In this document: piece by piece, positions 30,001 to 45,000 of the stretch
How the letters are laid out: the number at the start of each line of letters is the position of its first letter
Position numbering within the stretch: position 1 is the stretch's first letter
DNA from: Eledone cirrhosa
Taxonomy: Eukaryota
NCBI GenBank assembly: GCA_964016885.1
Contig: OZ024741.1
Span: 403,496,001 to 403,560,000, forward strand
Reading direction: 5' to 3'
Length of the DNA: 64,000 bases
Program-made: the position numbers and the translations under genes
Notes under the pieces: model-generated
Database searches by the model: none
What the model was told of the DNA's origin: nothing
What the model saw: only the letters and a program-made list of their open reading frames with translations

Positions 30001-33000
30001 TAACCCAGGTAGTGACTACTATCTTTAACCCAGGTAGTGACTATCTTTAACCCAGGTAGTGACTACTATCTTTAACCCAGGTAGGGACTATCTTTAGCCC
30101 AGGTAGGGACTACTATCTTTAACCCAGGTAGTGACTATCTTTAACCCAGGTAGTGACTACTATCTTTAACCCAGGTAGGGACTATCTTTAACCCAGGTAG
30201 GGACTACTATCTTTAACCCAGGTAGTGACTATCTTTAACCCAGGTAGTGACTACTATCTTTAACCCAGGTAGGGACTTCTATCTTTAACCCAGGTAGGGA
30301 CTACTATCTTTAACCCAGGTAGTGACTATCTTTAACCCAGGTAGTGACTACTATCTTTAACCCAGGTAGGGACTATCTTTAACCCAGGTAGGGACTACTA
30401 TCTTTAACCCAGGTAGTGACTACTATCTTTAACCCAGGTAGGGACTACTATCTTTAACCCAGGTAGTGACTACAATCTTTAACCCAGGTAGGGACTACTA
30501 TCTTTAACCCAGGTAGTGACTACTATCTTTAACCCAAGTAGTGACTACTATCTTTAACCCAGATAGTGACTACTATCTTTAACCCAGGTAGTGACTACTA
30601 TCTTTAACCCAAGTAGTGACTACTATCTTTAACCCAGGTAGTGACTACTATCTTTAACCCAGGTAGTGACTACTACCTTTAACCCAGGTAGGGACTACTA
30701 TCTTTAACCCAAGTAGGGACTTCTATCTTTAACCCAGGTAGGGACTACTATCTTTAACCCAAGTAGTGACTACTATCTTTAACCCAGGTAGGGACTACTA
30801 TCTTTAACCCAAGTAGTGACTACTATCTTTAACCCAGGTAGTGACTACTATCTTTAACCCAGGTAGGGACTACTATATTTCACCCAGGTAGTGACTACTA
30901 TCTTTAACCCTGGTAGTGACTACTATCTTTAACCCAGGTAGTGACTACTATATTTAACCCAGGTAGTGACTATCTTTAACCCAGGTAGGGACTACTATCT
31001 TTAACCCTGGTAGTGACTACTATCTTTAACCCAGGTAGTGACTACTATCTTTAACCCAAGTAGTGACTACTATCTTTAACCCAGGTAGTGACTACTATCT
31101 TTAACCCAAGTAGTGACTACTATCTTTAACCCAGGTAGTGACTATCTTTAACCCAAGTAGTGACTACTATCTTTAACCCTGGTAGTGACTACTATCTTTA
31201 ACCCAAGTAGTGACTACTATCTTTAACCCAGGTAGTGACTATCTTTAACCCAGTTATGACTACTATCTTTAACCCTGGTAGTGACTACTATCTTTAACCC
31301 AAGTAGTGACTACTATCTTTAACCCAGGTAGGGACTACTATCTTTAACCCAGGTAGTGACTTCTATCTTTAACCCAGGTAGTGACTACTATCTTTAACCC
31401 AGGTAGGGACTTCTACCTTTAACCCAGGTAGTGACTACTATCTTTAACCCAGGTAGGGACTACTATCTTTAACCCAAGTAGTGACTACTATCTTTAACCC
31501 AGGTAGTGACTATCTTTAACCCTGGTAGTGACTACTATCTTTAACCCAAGTAGTGACTACTATCTTTAACCCAGGTAGTGACTATCTTTAACCGAGGTAG
31601 TGACTACTATCTTTAACCCTGGTAGTGACTACTATCTTTAACCCAAGTAGTGACTACTATCTTTAACCCAGGTAGGGACTACTATCTTTAACCCAGGTAG
31701 TGACTTCTATCTTTAACCCAGGTAGTGACTACTATCTTTAACCCAGGTAGGGACTTCTATCTTTAACCCAGGTAGTGACTACTATCTTTAACCCAGGTAG
31801 GGACTACTATCTTTAACCCAAGTAGTGACTACTATCTTTAACCCAGGTAGTGACTATCTTTAACCCTGGTAGTGACTACTATCTTTAACCCAAGTAGTGA
31901 CTACTATCTTTAACCCAGGTAGTGACTATCTTTAACCCAGGTAGTGACTACTATCTTTAACCCTGGTAGTGACTACTATCTTTAACCCAAGTAGTGACTA
32001 CTATCTTTAACCCAGGTAGGGACTACTATCTTTAACCCAGGTAGTGACTTCTATCTTTAACCCAGGTAGTGACTACTATCTTTAACCCAGGTAGGGACTT
32101 CTATCTTTAACCCAAGTAGTGACTACTATCTTTAACCCAGGTAGTGACTATCTTTAACCCAGGTAGTGACTACTATCTTTAACCCAAGTAGTGACTACTA
32201 TCTTTAACCCAAGTAGGGACTACTATCTTTAACCCAGGTAGTGACTACTATCTTTAACCCAAGTAGGGACTACTATCTTTAACCCAGGTAGTGACTACTA
32301 TCTTTAACCTAGGTAGGGACTACTATCTTTAACCCAGGTAGGGACTACTATCTTTAACCCAGGTAGGGACTACTATCTTTAACCCAGGTAGTGACTACTA
32401 TCTTTAACCCAGGTAGGGACTACTATCTTTAACCCAGGTAGGGACTACTATCTTTAACCCAGGTAGGGACTACTATCTTTAACCCAGGTAGGGACTACTA
32501 TCTTTAACCCAGGTATCGACTACTATCTTTAACCCAAGTAGTGACTTCTATCTTTAACCCAAGTAGGGACTACTATCTTTAACCCAGGTAGGGACTACTA
32601 TCTTTAACCCAGGTAGGGACTACTATCTTTAACCCAGGTAGTGACTACTATCTTTAACCCAGGTAGGGACTACTATCTTTAACCCAAGTAGGGACTACTA
32701 TCTTTAACCCAGGTAGGGACTACTATCTTTAACCCAGGTAGGGACTACTATCTTTAACCCAGATAGTGACTACTATCTTTAACCCAGGTAGGGACTACTA
32801 TCTTTAACCCAGGTAGGGACTACTATCTTTAACCCAGATAGTGACTACTATCTTTAACCCAGGTAGGGACTACTATCTTTAACCCAAGTAGGGACTACTA
32901 TCTTTAACCCAGGTAGTGACTACTATCTTTAACCCAGGTAGGGACTACTATCTTTAACCCAAGTAGGGACTACTATCTTTAACCCAGGTAGGGACTACTA

Positions 33001-36000
33001 TCTTTAACCCAGGTAGTGACTACCATCTTTAACCCAGGTAGGGACTACTATCTTTAACCCAGGTAGGGACTACTATCTTTAACCCAGGTAGGGACTACTA
33101 TCTTTAACCCAGGTAGGGACTACTATATTTAACCCAGGTATCGACTACTATCTTTAACCCAAGTAGTGACTTCTATCTTTAACCCAAGTAGGGACTACTA
33201 TCTTTAACCCAGGTAGGGACTACTATCTTTAACCCAGGTAGGGACTACTATCTTTAACCCAGGTAGTGACTACTATCTTTAACCCAAGTAGTGACTACTA
33301 TCTTTAACCCAGATAGTGACTACTATCTTTAACCCAGGTAGTGACTACTATCTTTAACCCAAGTAGTGACTACTATCTTTAACCCAGGTAGTGACTACTA
33401 TCTTTAACCCAGGTAGTGACTACTACCTTTAACCCAGGTAGGTACTACTATCTTTAACCCAAGTAGGGACTACTATCTTTAACCCAGGTAGTGACTACTA
33501 TCTTTAACCCAGGTAGTGACTACTATCTTTAACCCAGGTAGGGACTATCTTTAACCCAGGTAGGGACTACTATCTTTAACCCAGGTAGTGACTACTATCT
33601 TTAACCCAGGTAGTGACTATCTTTAACCCAGGTAGTGACTACTATCTTTAACCCAGGTAGGGACTATCTTTAGCCCAGGTAGGGACTACTATCTTTAACC
33701 CAGGTAGTGACTATCTTTAACCCAGGTAGTGACTACTATCTTTAACCCAGGTAGGGACTATCTTTAACCCAGGTAGGGACTACTATCTTTAACCCAGGTA
33801 GTGACTATCTTTAACCCAGGTAGTGACTACTATCTTTAACCCAGGTAGGGACTTCTATCTTTAACCCAGGTAGGGACTACTATCTTTAACCCAGGTAGTG
33901 ACTATCTTTAACCCAGGTAGTGACTACTATCTTTAACCCAGGTAGGGACTATCTTTATCCCAGGTAGGGACTACTATCTTTAACCCAGGTAGTGACTACT
34001 ATCTTTAACCCAGGTAGGGACTACTATCTTTAACCCAGGTAGTGACTACTATCTTTAACCCAGGTAGGGACTACTATCTTTAACCCAGGTAGTGACTACT
34101 ATCTTTAACCCAAGTAGTGACTACTATCTTTAACCCAGATAGTGACTACTATCTTTAACCCAGGTAGTGACTACTATCTTTAACCCAAGTAGTGACTACT
34201 ATCTTTAACCCAGGTAGTGACTACTATATTTAACCCAGGTTGTGACTACTACCTTTAACCCAGGTAGGGACTACTATCTTTAACCCAAGTAGGGACTTCT
34301 ATCTTTAACCCAGGTAGGGACTACTATCTTTAACCCAAGTAGTGACTACTATCTTTAACCCAGGTAGGGACTACTATCTTTAACCCAGGTAGTGACTACT
34401 ATCTTTAACCCAGGTAGTGACTACTATCTTTAACCCTGGTAGTGACTACTATCTTTAACCCAGGTAGTGACTACTATCTTTAACCCAGGTAGGGACTACT
34501 ATCTTTAACCCAGGTAGTGACTACTATCTTTAACCCAAGTAGTGACTACTATCTTTAACCCAGATAGTGACTACTATCTTTAACCCAGGTAGTGACTACT
34601 ATCTTTAACCCAAGTAGTGACTACTATCTTTAACCCAGGTAGTGACTACTATCTTTAACCCAGGTAGGGACTATCTTTAACCCAAGTAGTGACTACTATC
34701 TTTAACCCAGGTAGTGACTATCTTTAACCCTGGTAGTGACTACTATCTTTAACCCAAGTAGTGACTACTATCTTTAACCCAGGTAGTGACTATCTTTAAC
34801 CGAGGTAGTGACTACTATCTTTAACCCTGGTAGTGACTACTATCTTTAACCCAAGTAGTGACTACTATCTTTAACCCAGGTAGGGACTACTATCTTTAAC
34901 CCAGGTAGTGACTTCTATCTTTAACCCAGGTAGTGACTACTATCTTTAACCCAGGTAGGGACTTCTATCTTTAACCCAGGTAGTGACTACTATCTTTAAC
35001 CCAGGTAGGGACTACTATCTTTAACCCAAGTAGTGACTACTATCTTTAACCCAGGTAGTGACTATCTTTAACCCTGGTAGTGACTACTATCTTTAACCCA
35101 AGTAGTGACTACTATCTTTAACCCAGGTAGTGACTATCTTTAACCCAGGTAGTGACTACTATCTTTAACCCTGGTAGTGACTACTATCTTTAACCCAAGT
35201 AGTGACTACTATCTTTAACCCAGGTAGGGACTACTATCTTTAACCCAGGTAGTGACTTCTATCTTTAACCCAGGTAGTGACTACTATCTTTAACCCAGGT
35301 AGGGACTTCTATCTTTAACCCAAGTAGTGACTACTATCTTTAACCCAGGTAGTGACTATCTTTAACCCAGGTAGTGACTACTATCTTTAACCCAAGTAGT
35401 GACTACTATCTTTAACCCAAGTAGGGACTACTATCTTTAACCCAGGTAGTGACTACTATCTTTAACCCAAGTAGGGACTACTATCTTTAACCCAGGTAGT
35501 GACTACTATCTTTAACCTAGGTAGGGACTACTATCTTTAACCCAGGTAGGGACTACTATCTTTAACCCAGGTAGGGACTACTATCTTTAACCCAGGTAGT
35601 GACTACTATCTTTAACCCAGGTAGGGACTACTATCTTTAACCCAGGTAGGGACTACTATCTTTAACCCAGGTAGGGACTACTATCTTTAACCCAGGTAGG
35701 GACTACTATCTTTAACCCAGGTATCGACTACTATCTTTAACCCAAGTAGTGACTTCTATCTTTAACCCAAGTAGGGACTACTATCTTTAACCCAGGTAGG
35801 GACTACTATCTTTAACCCAGGTAGGGACTACTATCTTTAACCCAGGTAGTGACTACTATCTTTAACCCAGGTAGGGACTACTATCTTTAACCCAAGTAGG
35901 GACTACTATCTTTAACCCAGGTAGGGACTACTATCTTTAACCCAGGTAGGGACTACTATCTTTAACCCAGATAGTGACTACTATCTTTAACCCAGGTAGG

Positions 36001-39000
36001 GACTACTATCTTTAACCCAGGTAGGGACTACTATCTTTAACCCAGATAGTGACTACTATCTTTAACCCAGGTAGGGACTACTATCTTTAACCCAAGTAGG
36101 GACTACTATCTTTAACCCAGGTAGTGACTACTATCTTTAACCCAGGTAGGGACTACTATCTTTAACCCAAGTAGGGACTACTATCTTTAACCCAGGTAGG
36201 GACTACTATCTTTAACCCAGGTAGTGACTACCATCTTTAACCCAGGTAGGGACTACTATCTTTAACCCAGGTAGGGACTACTATCTTTAACCCAGGTAGG
36301 GACTACTATCTTTAACCCAGGTAGGGACTACTATATTTAACCCAGGTATCGACTACTATCTTTAACCCAAGTAGTGACTTCTATCTTTAACCCAAGTAGG
36401 GACTACTATCTTTAACCCAGGTAGGGACTACTATCTTTAACCCAGGTAGGGACTACTATCTTTAACCCAGGTAGTGACTACTATCTTTAACCCAAGTAGT
36501 GACTACTATCTTTAACCCAGATAGTGACTACTATCTTTAACCCAGGTAGTGACTACTATCTTTAACCCAAGTAGTGACTACTATCTTTAACCCAGGTAGT
36601 GACTACTATCTTTAACCCAGGTAGTGACTACTACCTTTAACCCAGGTAGGTACTACTATCTTTAACCCAAGTAGGGACTACTATCTTTAACCCAGGTAGT
36701 GACTACTATCTTTAACCCAGGTAGTGACTACTATCTTTAACCCAGGTAGGGACTATCTTTAACCCAGGTAGGGACTACTATCTTTAACCCAGGTAGTGAC
36801 TACTATCTTTAACCCAGGTAGTGACTATCTTTAACCCAGGTAGTGACTACTATCTTTAACCCAGGTAGGGACTATCTTTAGCCCAGGTAGGGACTACTAT
36901 CTTTAACCCAGGTAGTGACTATCTTTAACCCAGGTAGTGACTACTATCTTTAACCCAGGTAGGGACTATCTTTAACCCAGGTAGGGACTACTATCTTTAA
37001 CCCAGGTAGTGACTATCTTTAACCCAGGTAGTGACTACTATCTTTAACCCAGGTAGGGACTTCTATCTTTAACCCAGGTAGGGACTACTATCTTTAACCC
37101 AGGTAGTGACTATCTTTAACCCAGGTAGTGACTACTATCTTTAACCCAGGTAGGGACTATCTTTAACCCAGGTAGGGACTACTATCTTTAACCCAGGTAG
37201 TGACTACTATCTTTAACCCAGGTAGGGACTACTATCTTTAACCCAGGTAGTGACTACTATCTTTAACCCAGGTAGGGACTACTATCTTTAACCCAGGTAG
37301 TGACTACTATCTTTAACCCAAGTAGTGACTACTATCTTTAACCCAGATAGTGACTACTATCTTTAACCCAGGTAGTGACTACTATCTTTAACCCAAGTAG
37401 TGACTACTATCTTTAACCCAGGTAGTGACTACTATATTTAACCCAGGTTGTGACTACTACCTTTAACCCAGGTAGGGACTACTATCTTTAACCCAAGTAG
37501 GGACTTCTATCTTTAACCCAGGTAGGGACTACTATCTTTAACCCAAGTAGTGACTACTATCTTTAACCCAGGTAGGGACTACTATCTTTAACCCAGGTAG
37601 TGACTACTATCTTTAACCCAGGTAGTGACTACTATCTTTAACCCTGGTAGTGACTACTATCTTTAACCCAGGTAGTGACTACTATCTTTAACCCAGGTAG
37701 GGACTACTATCTTTAACCCAGGTAGTGACTACTATCTTTAACCCAAGTAGTGACTACTATCTTTAACCCAGATAGTGACTACTATCTTTAACCCAGGTAG
37801 TGACTACTATCTTTAACCCAAGTAGTGACTACTATCTTTAACCCAGGTAGTGACTACTATCTTTAACCCAGGTAGGGACTATCTTTAACCCAGGTAGTGA
37901 CTACTATCTTTAACCCAGGTAGGGACTATCTTTAACCCAGGTAGGGACTACTATCTTTAACCCAGGTAGTGACTACTATCTTTAACCCAGGTAGGGACTA
38001 CTATCTTTAACCCAGGTAGTGACTACTATCTTTAACCCAGGTAGTGACTACTATCTTTAACCCTGGTAGTGACTACTATCTTTAACCCAGGTAGTGACTA
38101 CTATCTTTAACCCAGGTAGTGACTACTATCTTTAACCCAGGTAGGGACTATCTTTAACCCAGGTAGGGACTACTATCTTTAACCCAGGTAGTGACTACTA
38201 TCTTTAACCCAGGTAGTGACTATCTTTAACCCAGGTAGTGACTACTATCTTTAACCCAGGTAGGGACTATCTTTAGCCCAGGTAGGGACTACTATCTTTA
38301 ACCCAGGTAGTGACTATCTTTAACCCAGGTAGTGACTACTATCTTTAACCCAGGTAGGGACTATCTTTAACCCAGGTAGGGACTACTATCTTTAACCCAA
38401 GTAGTGACTATCTTTAACCCAGGTAGTGACTACTATCTTTAACCCAGGTAGGGACTTCTATCTTTAACCCAGGTAGGGACTACTATCTTTAACCCAGGTA
38501 GTGACTATCTTTAACCCAGGTAGTGACTACTATCTTTAACCCAGGTAGGGACTATCTTTAACCCAGGTAGGGACTACTATCTTTAACCCAGGTAGTGACT
38601 ACTATCTTTAACCCAGGTAGGGACTACTATCTTTAACCCAGGTAGTGACTACAATCTTTAACCCAGGTAGGGACTACTATCTTTAACCCAGGTAGTGACT
38701 ACTATCTTTAACCCAAGTAGTGACTATCTTTAACCCAGATAGTGACTACTATCTTTAACCCAGGTAGGGACTACTATCTTTAACCCAAGTAGTGACTACT
38801 ATCTTTAACCCAGGTAGTGACTACTATCTTTAACCCAGGTAGGGTCTACTATATTTCACCCAGGTAGTGACTACTATCTTTAACCCTGGTAGTGACTACT
38901 ATCTTTAACCCAGGTAGTGACTACTATATTTAACCCAGGTAGTGACTATCTTTAACCCAGGTAGGGACTACTATCTTTAACCCTGGTAGTGACTACTATC

Positions 39001-42000
39001 TTTAACCCAGGTAGTGACTACTATCTTTAACCCAAGTAGTGACTACTATCTTTAACCCAGGTAGTGACTACTATCTTTAACCCAAGTAGTGACTACTATC
39101 TTTAACCCAGGTAGTGACTATCTTTAACCCAGGTAGTGACTACTATCTTTAACCCTGGTAGTGACTACTATCTTTAACCCAAGTAGTGACTACTATCTTT
39201 AACCCAGGTAGTGACTATCTTTAACCCAGTTATGACTACTATCTTTAACCCTGGTAGTGACTACTATCTTTAACCCAAGTAGTGACTACTATCTTTAACC
39301 CAGGTAGGGACTACTATCTTTAACCCAGGTAGTGACTTCTATCTTTAACCCAGGTAGTGACTACTATCTTTAACCCAGGTAGGGACTTCTACCTTTAACC
39401 CAGGTAGTGACTACTATCTTTAACCCAGGTAGGGACTACTATCTTTAACCCAAGTAGTGACTACTATCTTTAACCCAGGTAGTGACTATCTTTAACCCTG
39501 GTAGTGACTACTATCTTTAACCCAAGTAGTGACTACTATCTTTAACCCAGGTAGTGACTATCTTTAACCGAGGTAGTGACTACTATCTTTAACCCTGGTA
39601 GTGACTACTATCTTTAACCCAAGTAGTGACTACTATCTTTAACCCAGGTAGGGACTACTATCTTTAACCCAGGTAGTGACTTCTATCTTTAACCCAGGCA
39701 GTGACTACTATCTTTAACCCAGGTAGGGACTTCTATCTTTAACCCAGGTAGTGACTACTATCTTTAACCCAGGTAGGGACTACTATCTTTAACCCAAGTA
39801 GTGACTACTATCTTTAACCCAGGTAGTGACTATCTTTAACCCTGGTAGTGACTACTATCTTTAACCCAAGTAGTGACTACTATCTTTAACCCAGGTAGTG
39901 ACTATCTTTAACCCAGGTAGTGACTACTATCTTTAACCCTGGTAGTGACTACTATCTTTAACCCAAGTAGTGACTACTATCTTTAACCCAGGTAGGGACT
40001 ACTATCTTTAACCCAGGTAGTGACTTCTATCTTTAACCCAGGTAGTGACTACTATCTTTAACCCAGGTAGGGACTTCTATCTTTAACCCAAGTAGTGACT
40101 ACTATCTTTAACCCAGGTAGTGACTATCTTTAACCCAGGTAGTGACTACTATCTTTAACCCAAGTAGTGACTACTATCTTTAACCCAAGTAGGGACTACT
40201 ATCTTTAACCCAGGTAGTGACTACTATCTTTAACCCAAGTAGGGACTACTATCTTTAACCCAGGTAGTGACTACTATCTTTAACCTAGGTAGGGACTACT
40301 ATCTTTAACCCAGGTAGGGACTACTATCTTTAAGCCAGGTAGGGACTACTATCTTTAACCCAGGTAGTGACTACTATCTTTAACCCAGGTAGGGACTACT
40401 ATCTTTAACCCAGGTAGGGACTACTATCTTTAACCCAGGTAGGGACTACTATCTTTAACCCAGGTAGGGACTACTATCTTTAACCCAGGTATCGACTACT
40501 ATCTTTAACCCAAGTAGTGACTTCTATCTTTAACCCAAGTAGGGACTACTATCTTTAACCCAGGTAGGGACTACTATCTTTAACCCAGGTAGGGACTACT
40601 ATCTTTAACCCAGGTAGTGACTACTATCTTTAACCCAGGTAGGGACTACTATCTTTAACCCAAGTAGGGACTACTATCTTTAACCCAGGTAGGGACTACT
40701 ATCTTTAACCCAGGTAGGGACTACTATCTTTAACCCAGATAGTGACTACTATCTTTAACCCAGGTAGGGACTACTATCTTTAACCCAGGTAGGGACTACT
40801 ATCTTTAACCCAGATAGTGACTACTATCTTTAACCCAGGTAGGGACTACTATCTTTAACCCAAGTAGGGACTACTATCTTTAACCCAGGTAGTGACTACT
40901 ATCTTTAACCCAGGTAGGGACTACTATCTTTAACCCAAGTAGGGACTACTATCTTTAACCCAGGTAGGGACTACTATCTTTAACCCAGGTAGTGACTACT
41001 ATCTTTAACCCAGGTAGGGACTACTATCTTTAACCCAGGTAGGGACTACTATCTTTAACCCAGGTAGGGACTACTATCTTTAACCCAGGTAGGGACTACT
41101 ATCTTTAACCCAGGTATCGACTACTATCTTTAACCCAAGTAGTGACTTCTATCTTTAACCCAAGTAGGGACTACTATCTTTAACCCAGGTAGGGACTACT
41201 ATCTTTAACCCAGGTAGGGACTACTATCTTTAACCCAGGTAGTGACTACTATCTTTAACCCAAGTAGTGACTACTATCTTTAACCCAGATAGTGACTACT
41301 ATCTTTAACCCAGGTAGTGACTACTATCTTTAACCCAAGTAGTGACTACTATCTTTAACCCAGGTAGTGACTACTATCTTTAACCCAGGTAGTGACTACT
41401 ACCTTTAACCCAGGTAGGTACTACTATCTTTAACCCAAGTAGGGACTACTATCTTTAACCCAGGTAGTGACTACTATCTTTAACCCAGGTAGTGACTACT
41501 ATCTTTAACCCAGGTAGGGACTATCTTTAACCCAGGTAGGGACTACTATCTTTAACCCAGGTAGTGACTACTATCTTTAACCCAGGTAGTGACTATCTTT
41601 AACCCAGGTAGTGACTACTATCTTTAACCCAGGTAGGGACTATCTTTAGCCCAGGTAGGGACTACTATCTTTAACCCAGGTAGTGACTATCTTTAACCCA
41701 GGTAGTGACTACTATCTTTAACCCAGGTAGGGACTATCTTTAACCCAGGTAGGGACTACTATCTTTAACCCAGGTAGTGACTATCTTTAACCCAGGTAGT
41801 GACGACTATCTTTAACCCAGGTAGGGACTTCTATCTTTAACCCAGGTAGGGACTACTATCTTTAACCCAGGTAGTGACTATCTTTAACCCAGATAGTGAC
41901 TACTATCTTTAACCCAGGTAGGGACTATCTTTAACCCAGGTAGGGACTACTATCTTTAACCCAGGTAGTGACTACTATCTTTAACCCAGGTAGGGACTAC

Positions 42001-45000
42001 TATCTTTAACCCAGGTAGTGACTACTATCTTTAACCCAGGTAGGGACTACTATCTTTAACCCAGGTAGTGACTACTATCTTTAACCCAGGTAGTGACTAC
42101 TATCTTTAACCCAGGTAGGGACTACTATCTTTAACCCAGGTAGTGACTACCATCTTTAACCCAGGTAGGGACTACTATCTTTAACCCAGGTAGGGACTAC
42201 TATCTTTAACCCAGGTAGTGACTACTATCTTTAACCCAGGTAGTGACTACTATCTTTAACCCAAGTAGTGACTACTATCTTTAACCCAGGTAGTGACTAC
42301 TATATTTAACCCAGGTTGTGACTACTACCTTTAACCCAGGTAGGGACTACTATCTTTAACCCAAGTAGGGACTTCTATCTTTAACCCAGGTAGGGACTAC
42401 TATCTTTAACCCAAGTAGTGACTACTATCTTTAACCCAGGTAGGGACTACTATCTTTAACCCAAGTAGTGACTACTATCTTTAACCCAGGTAGTGACTAC
42501 TATCTTTAACCCAGGTAGGGACTACTATATTTCACCCAGGTAGTGACTACTATCTTTAACCCTGGTAGTGACTACTATCTTTAACCCAGGTAGTGACTAC
42601 TATCTTTAACCCAGGTAGTGACTATCTTTAACCCAGGTAGGGACTACTATCTTTAACCCTGGTAGTGACTACTATCTTTAACCCAGGTAGTGACTACTAT
42701 CTTTAACCCAAGTAGTGACTACTATCTTTAACCCAGGTAGTGACTACTATCTTTAACCCAGGTAGGGACTACTATATTTCACCCAGGTAGTGACTACTAT
42801 CTTTAACCCTGGTAGTGACTACTATCTTTAACCCAGGTAGTGACTACTATCTTTAACCCAGGTAGTGACTATCTTTAACCCAGGTAGGGACTACTATCTT
42901 TAACCCTGGTAGTGACTACTATCTTTAACCCAGGTAGTGACTACTATCTTTAACCCAAGTAGTGACTACTATCTTTAACCCAGGTAGTGACTACTATCTT
43001 TAACCCAGGTAGGGACTACTATCTTTAACCCAGGTAGGGACTTCTATCTTTAACCCAGGTAGTGACTACTATCTTTAACCCAAGTAGTGACTACTATCTT
43101 TAACCCAGGTAGGGACTTCTATCTTTAACCCAGGTAGTGACTACTATCTTTAACCCAGGTAGGGACTTCTATCTTTAACCCAGGTAGTGACTACTATCTT
43201 TAACCCAAGTAGTGACTACTATCTTTAACCCAGGTAGTGACTATCCTTAACCCTGGTAGTGACTACTATCTTTAACCCAAGTAGTGACTACTATCTTTAA
43301 CCCAGGTAGTGACTATCTGTAACCCAGGTAGTGACTACTATCTTTAACCCTGGTAGTGACTACTATCTTTAACCCAAGTAGTGACTACTATCTTTAACCC
43401 AGGTAGGGACTACTATCTTTAACCCAGGTAGTGTCTTCTATCTTTAACCCAGGTAGTGACTACTATCTTTAACCCAGGTAGGGACTTCTATCTTTAACCC
43501 AGGTAGTGACTACTATCTTTAACCCAGGTAGGGACTACTATCTTTAACCCAAGTAGTGACTACTATCTTTAACCCAGGTAGTGACTATCTTTAACCCTGG
43601 TAGTGACTACTATCTTTAACCCAAGTAGTGACTACTATCTTTAACCCAGGTAGTGACTATCTTTAACCCAGGTAGTGACTACTATCTTTAACCCTGGTAG
43701 TGACTACTATCTTTAACCCAAGTAGTGACTACTATCTTTAACCCAGGTAGGGACTACTATCTTTAACCCAGGTAGTGACTTCTATCTTTAACCCAGGTAG
43801 TGACTACTATCTTTAACCCAGGTAGGGACTTCTATCTTTAACCCAAGTAGTGACTACTATCTTTAACCCAGGTAGTGACTATCTTTAACCCAGGTAGTGA
43901 CTACTATCTTTAACCCAAGTAGTGACTACTATCTTTAACCCAAGTAGGGACTACTATCTTTAACCCAGGTAGTGACTACTATCTTTAACCCAAGTAGGGA
44001 CTACTATCTTTAACCCAGGTAGTGACTACTATCTTTAACCTAGGTAGGGACTACTATCTTTAACCCAGGTAGGGACTACTATCTTTAACCCAGGTAGTGA
44101 CTACTATCTTTAACCCAGGTAGGGACTACTATCTTTAACCCAGATAAGGACTACTATCTTTAACCCAGGTAGGGACTACTATCTTTAACCCAGGTAAGGA
44201 CTACTATCTTTAACCCAGGTATCGACTACTATCTTTAACCCAAGTAGTGACTTCTATCTTTAACCCAAGTAGGGACTACTATCTTTAACCCAGGTAGGGA
44301 CTACTATCTTTAACCCAGGTAGGGACTACTATCTTTAACCCAGGTAGTGACTACTATCTTTAACCCAGGTAGGGACTACTATCTTTAACCCAAGTAGGGA
44401 CTACTATCTTTAACCCAGGTAGGGACTACTATCTTTAACCCAGGTAGTGACTACTATCTTTAACCCAGGTAGGGACTACTATCTTTAACCCAAGTAGGGA
44501 CTACTATCTTTAACCCAGGTAGGGACTACTATCTTTAACCCAGGTAGGGACTACTATCTTTAACCCAGGTAGGGACTACTATCTTTAACCCAGATAGTGA
44601 CTACTATCTTTAACCCAGGTAGGGACTACTATCTTTAACCCAGGTAGGGACTACTATCTTTAACCCAAGTAGGGACTACTATCTTTAACCCAGGTAGGGA
44701 CTACTATCTTTAACCCAGGTAGTGACTACTATCTTTAACCCAGGTAGTGGCTACTATCTTTAACCCAGGTAGTGACTACTATCTTTAACCCAGGTAGTGA
44801 CTACTATCTTTAACCCAGGTAGTGACTATCTTTAACCCAGGTAGGGACTACTATCTTTAACCCTGGTAGTGACTACTATCTTTAACCCAGGTAGTGACTA
44901 CTACCTTTAACCCAGGTAGTGACTACTATCTTTAACCCAGGTAGGGACTACTATCTTTAACCCAGGTAGTGGCTACTATCTTTAACCCAGGTAGGGACAA

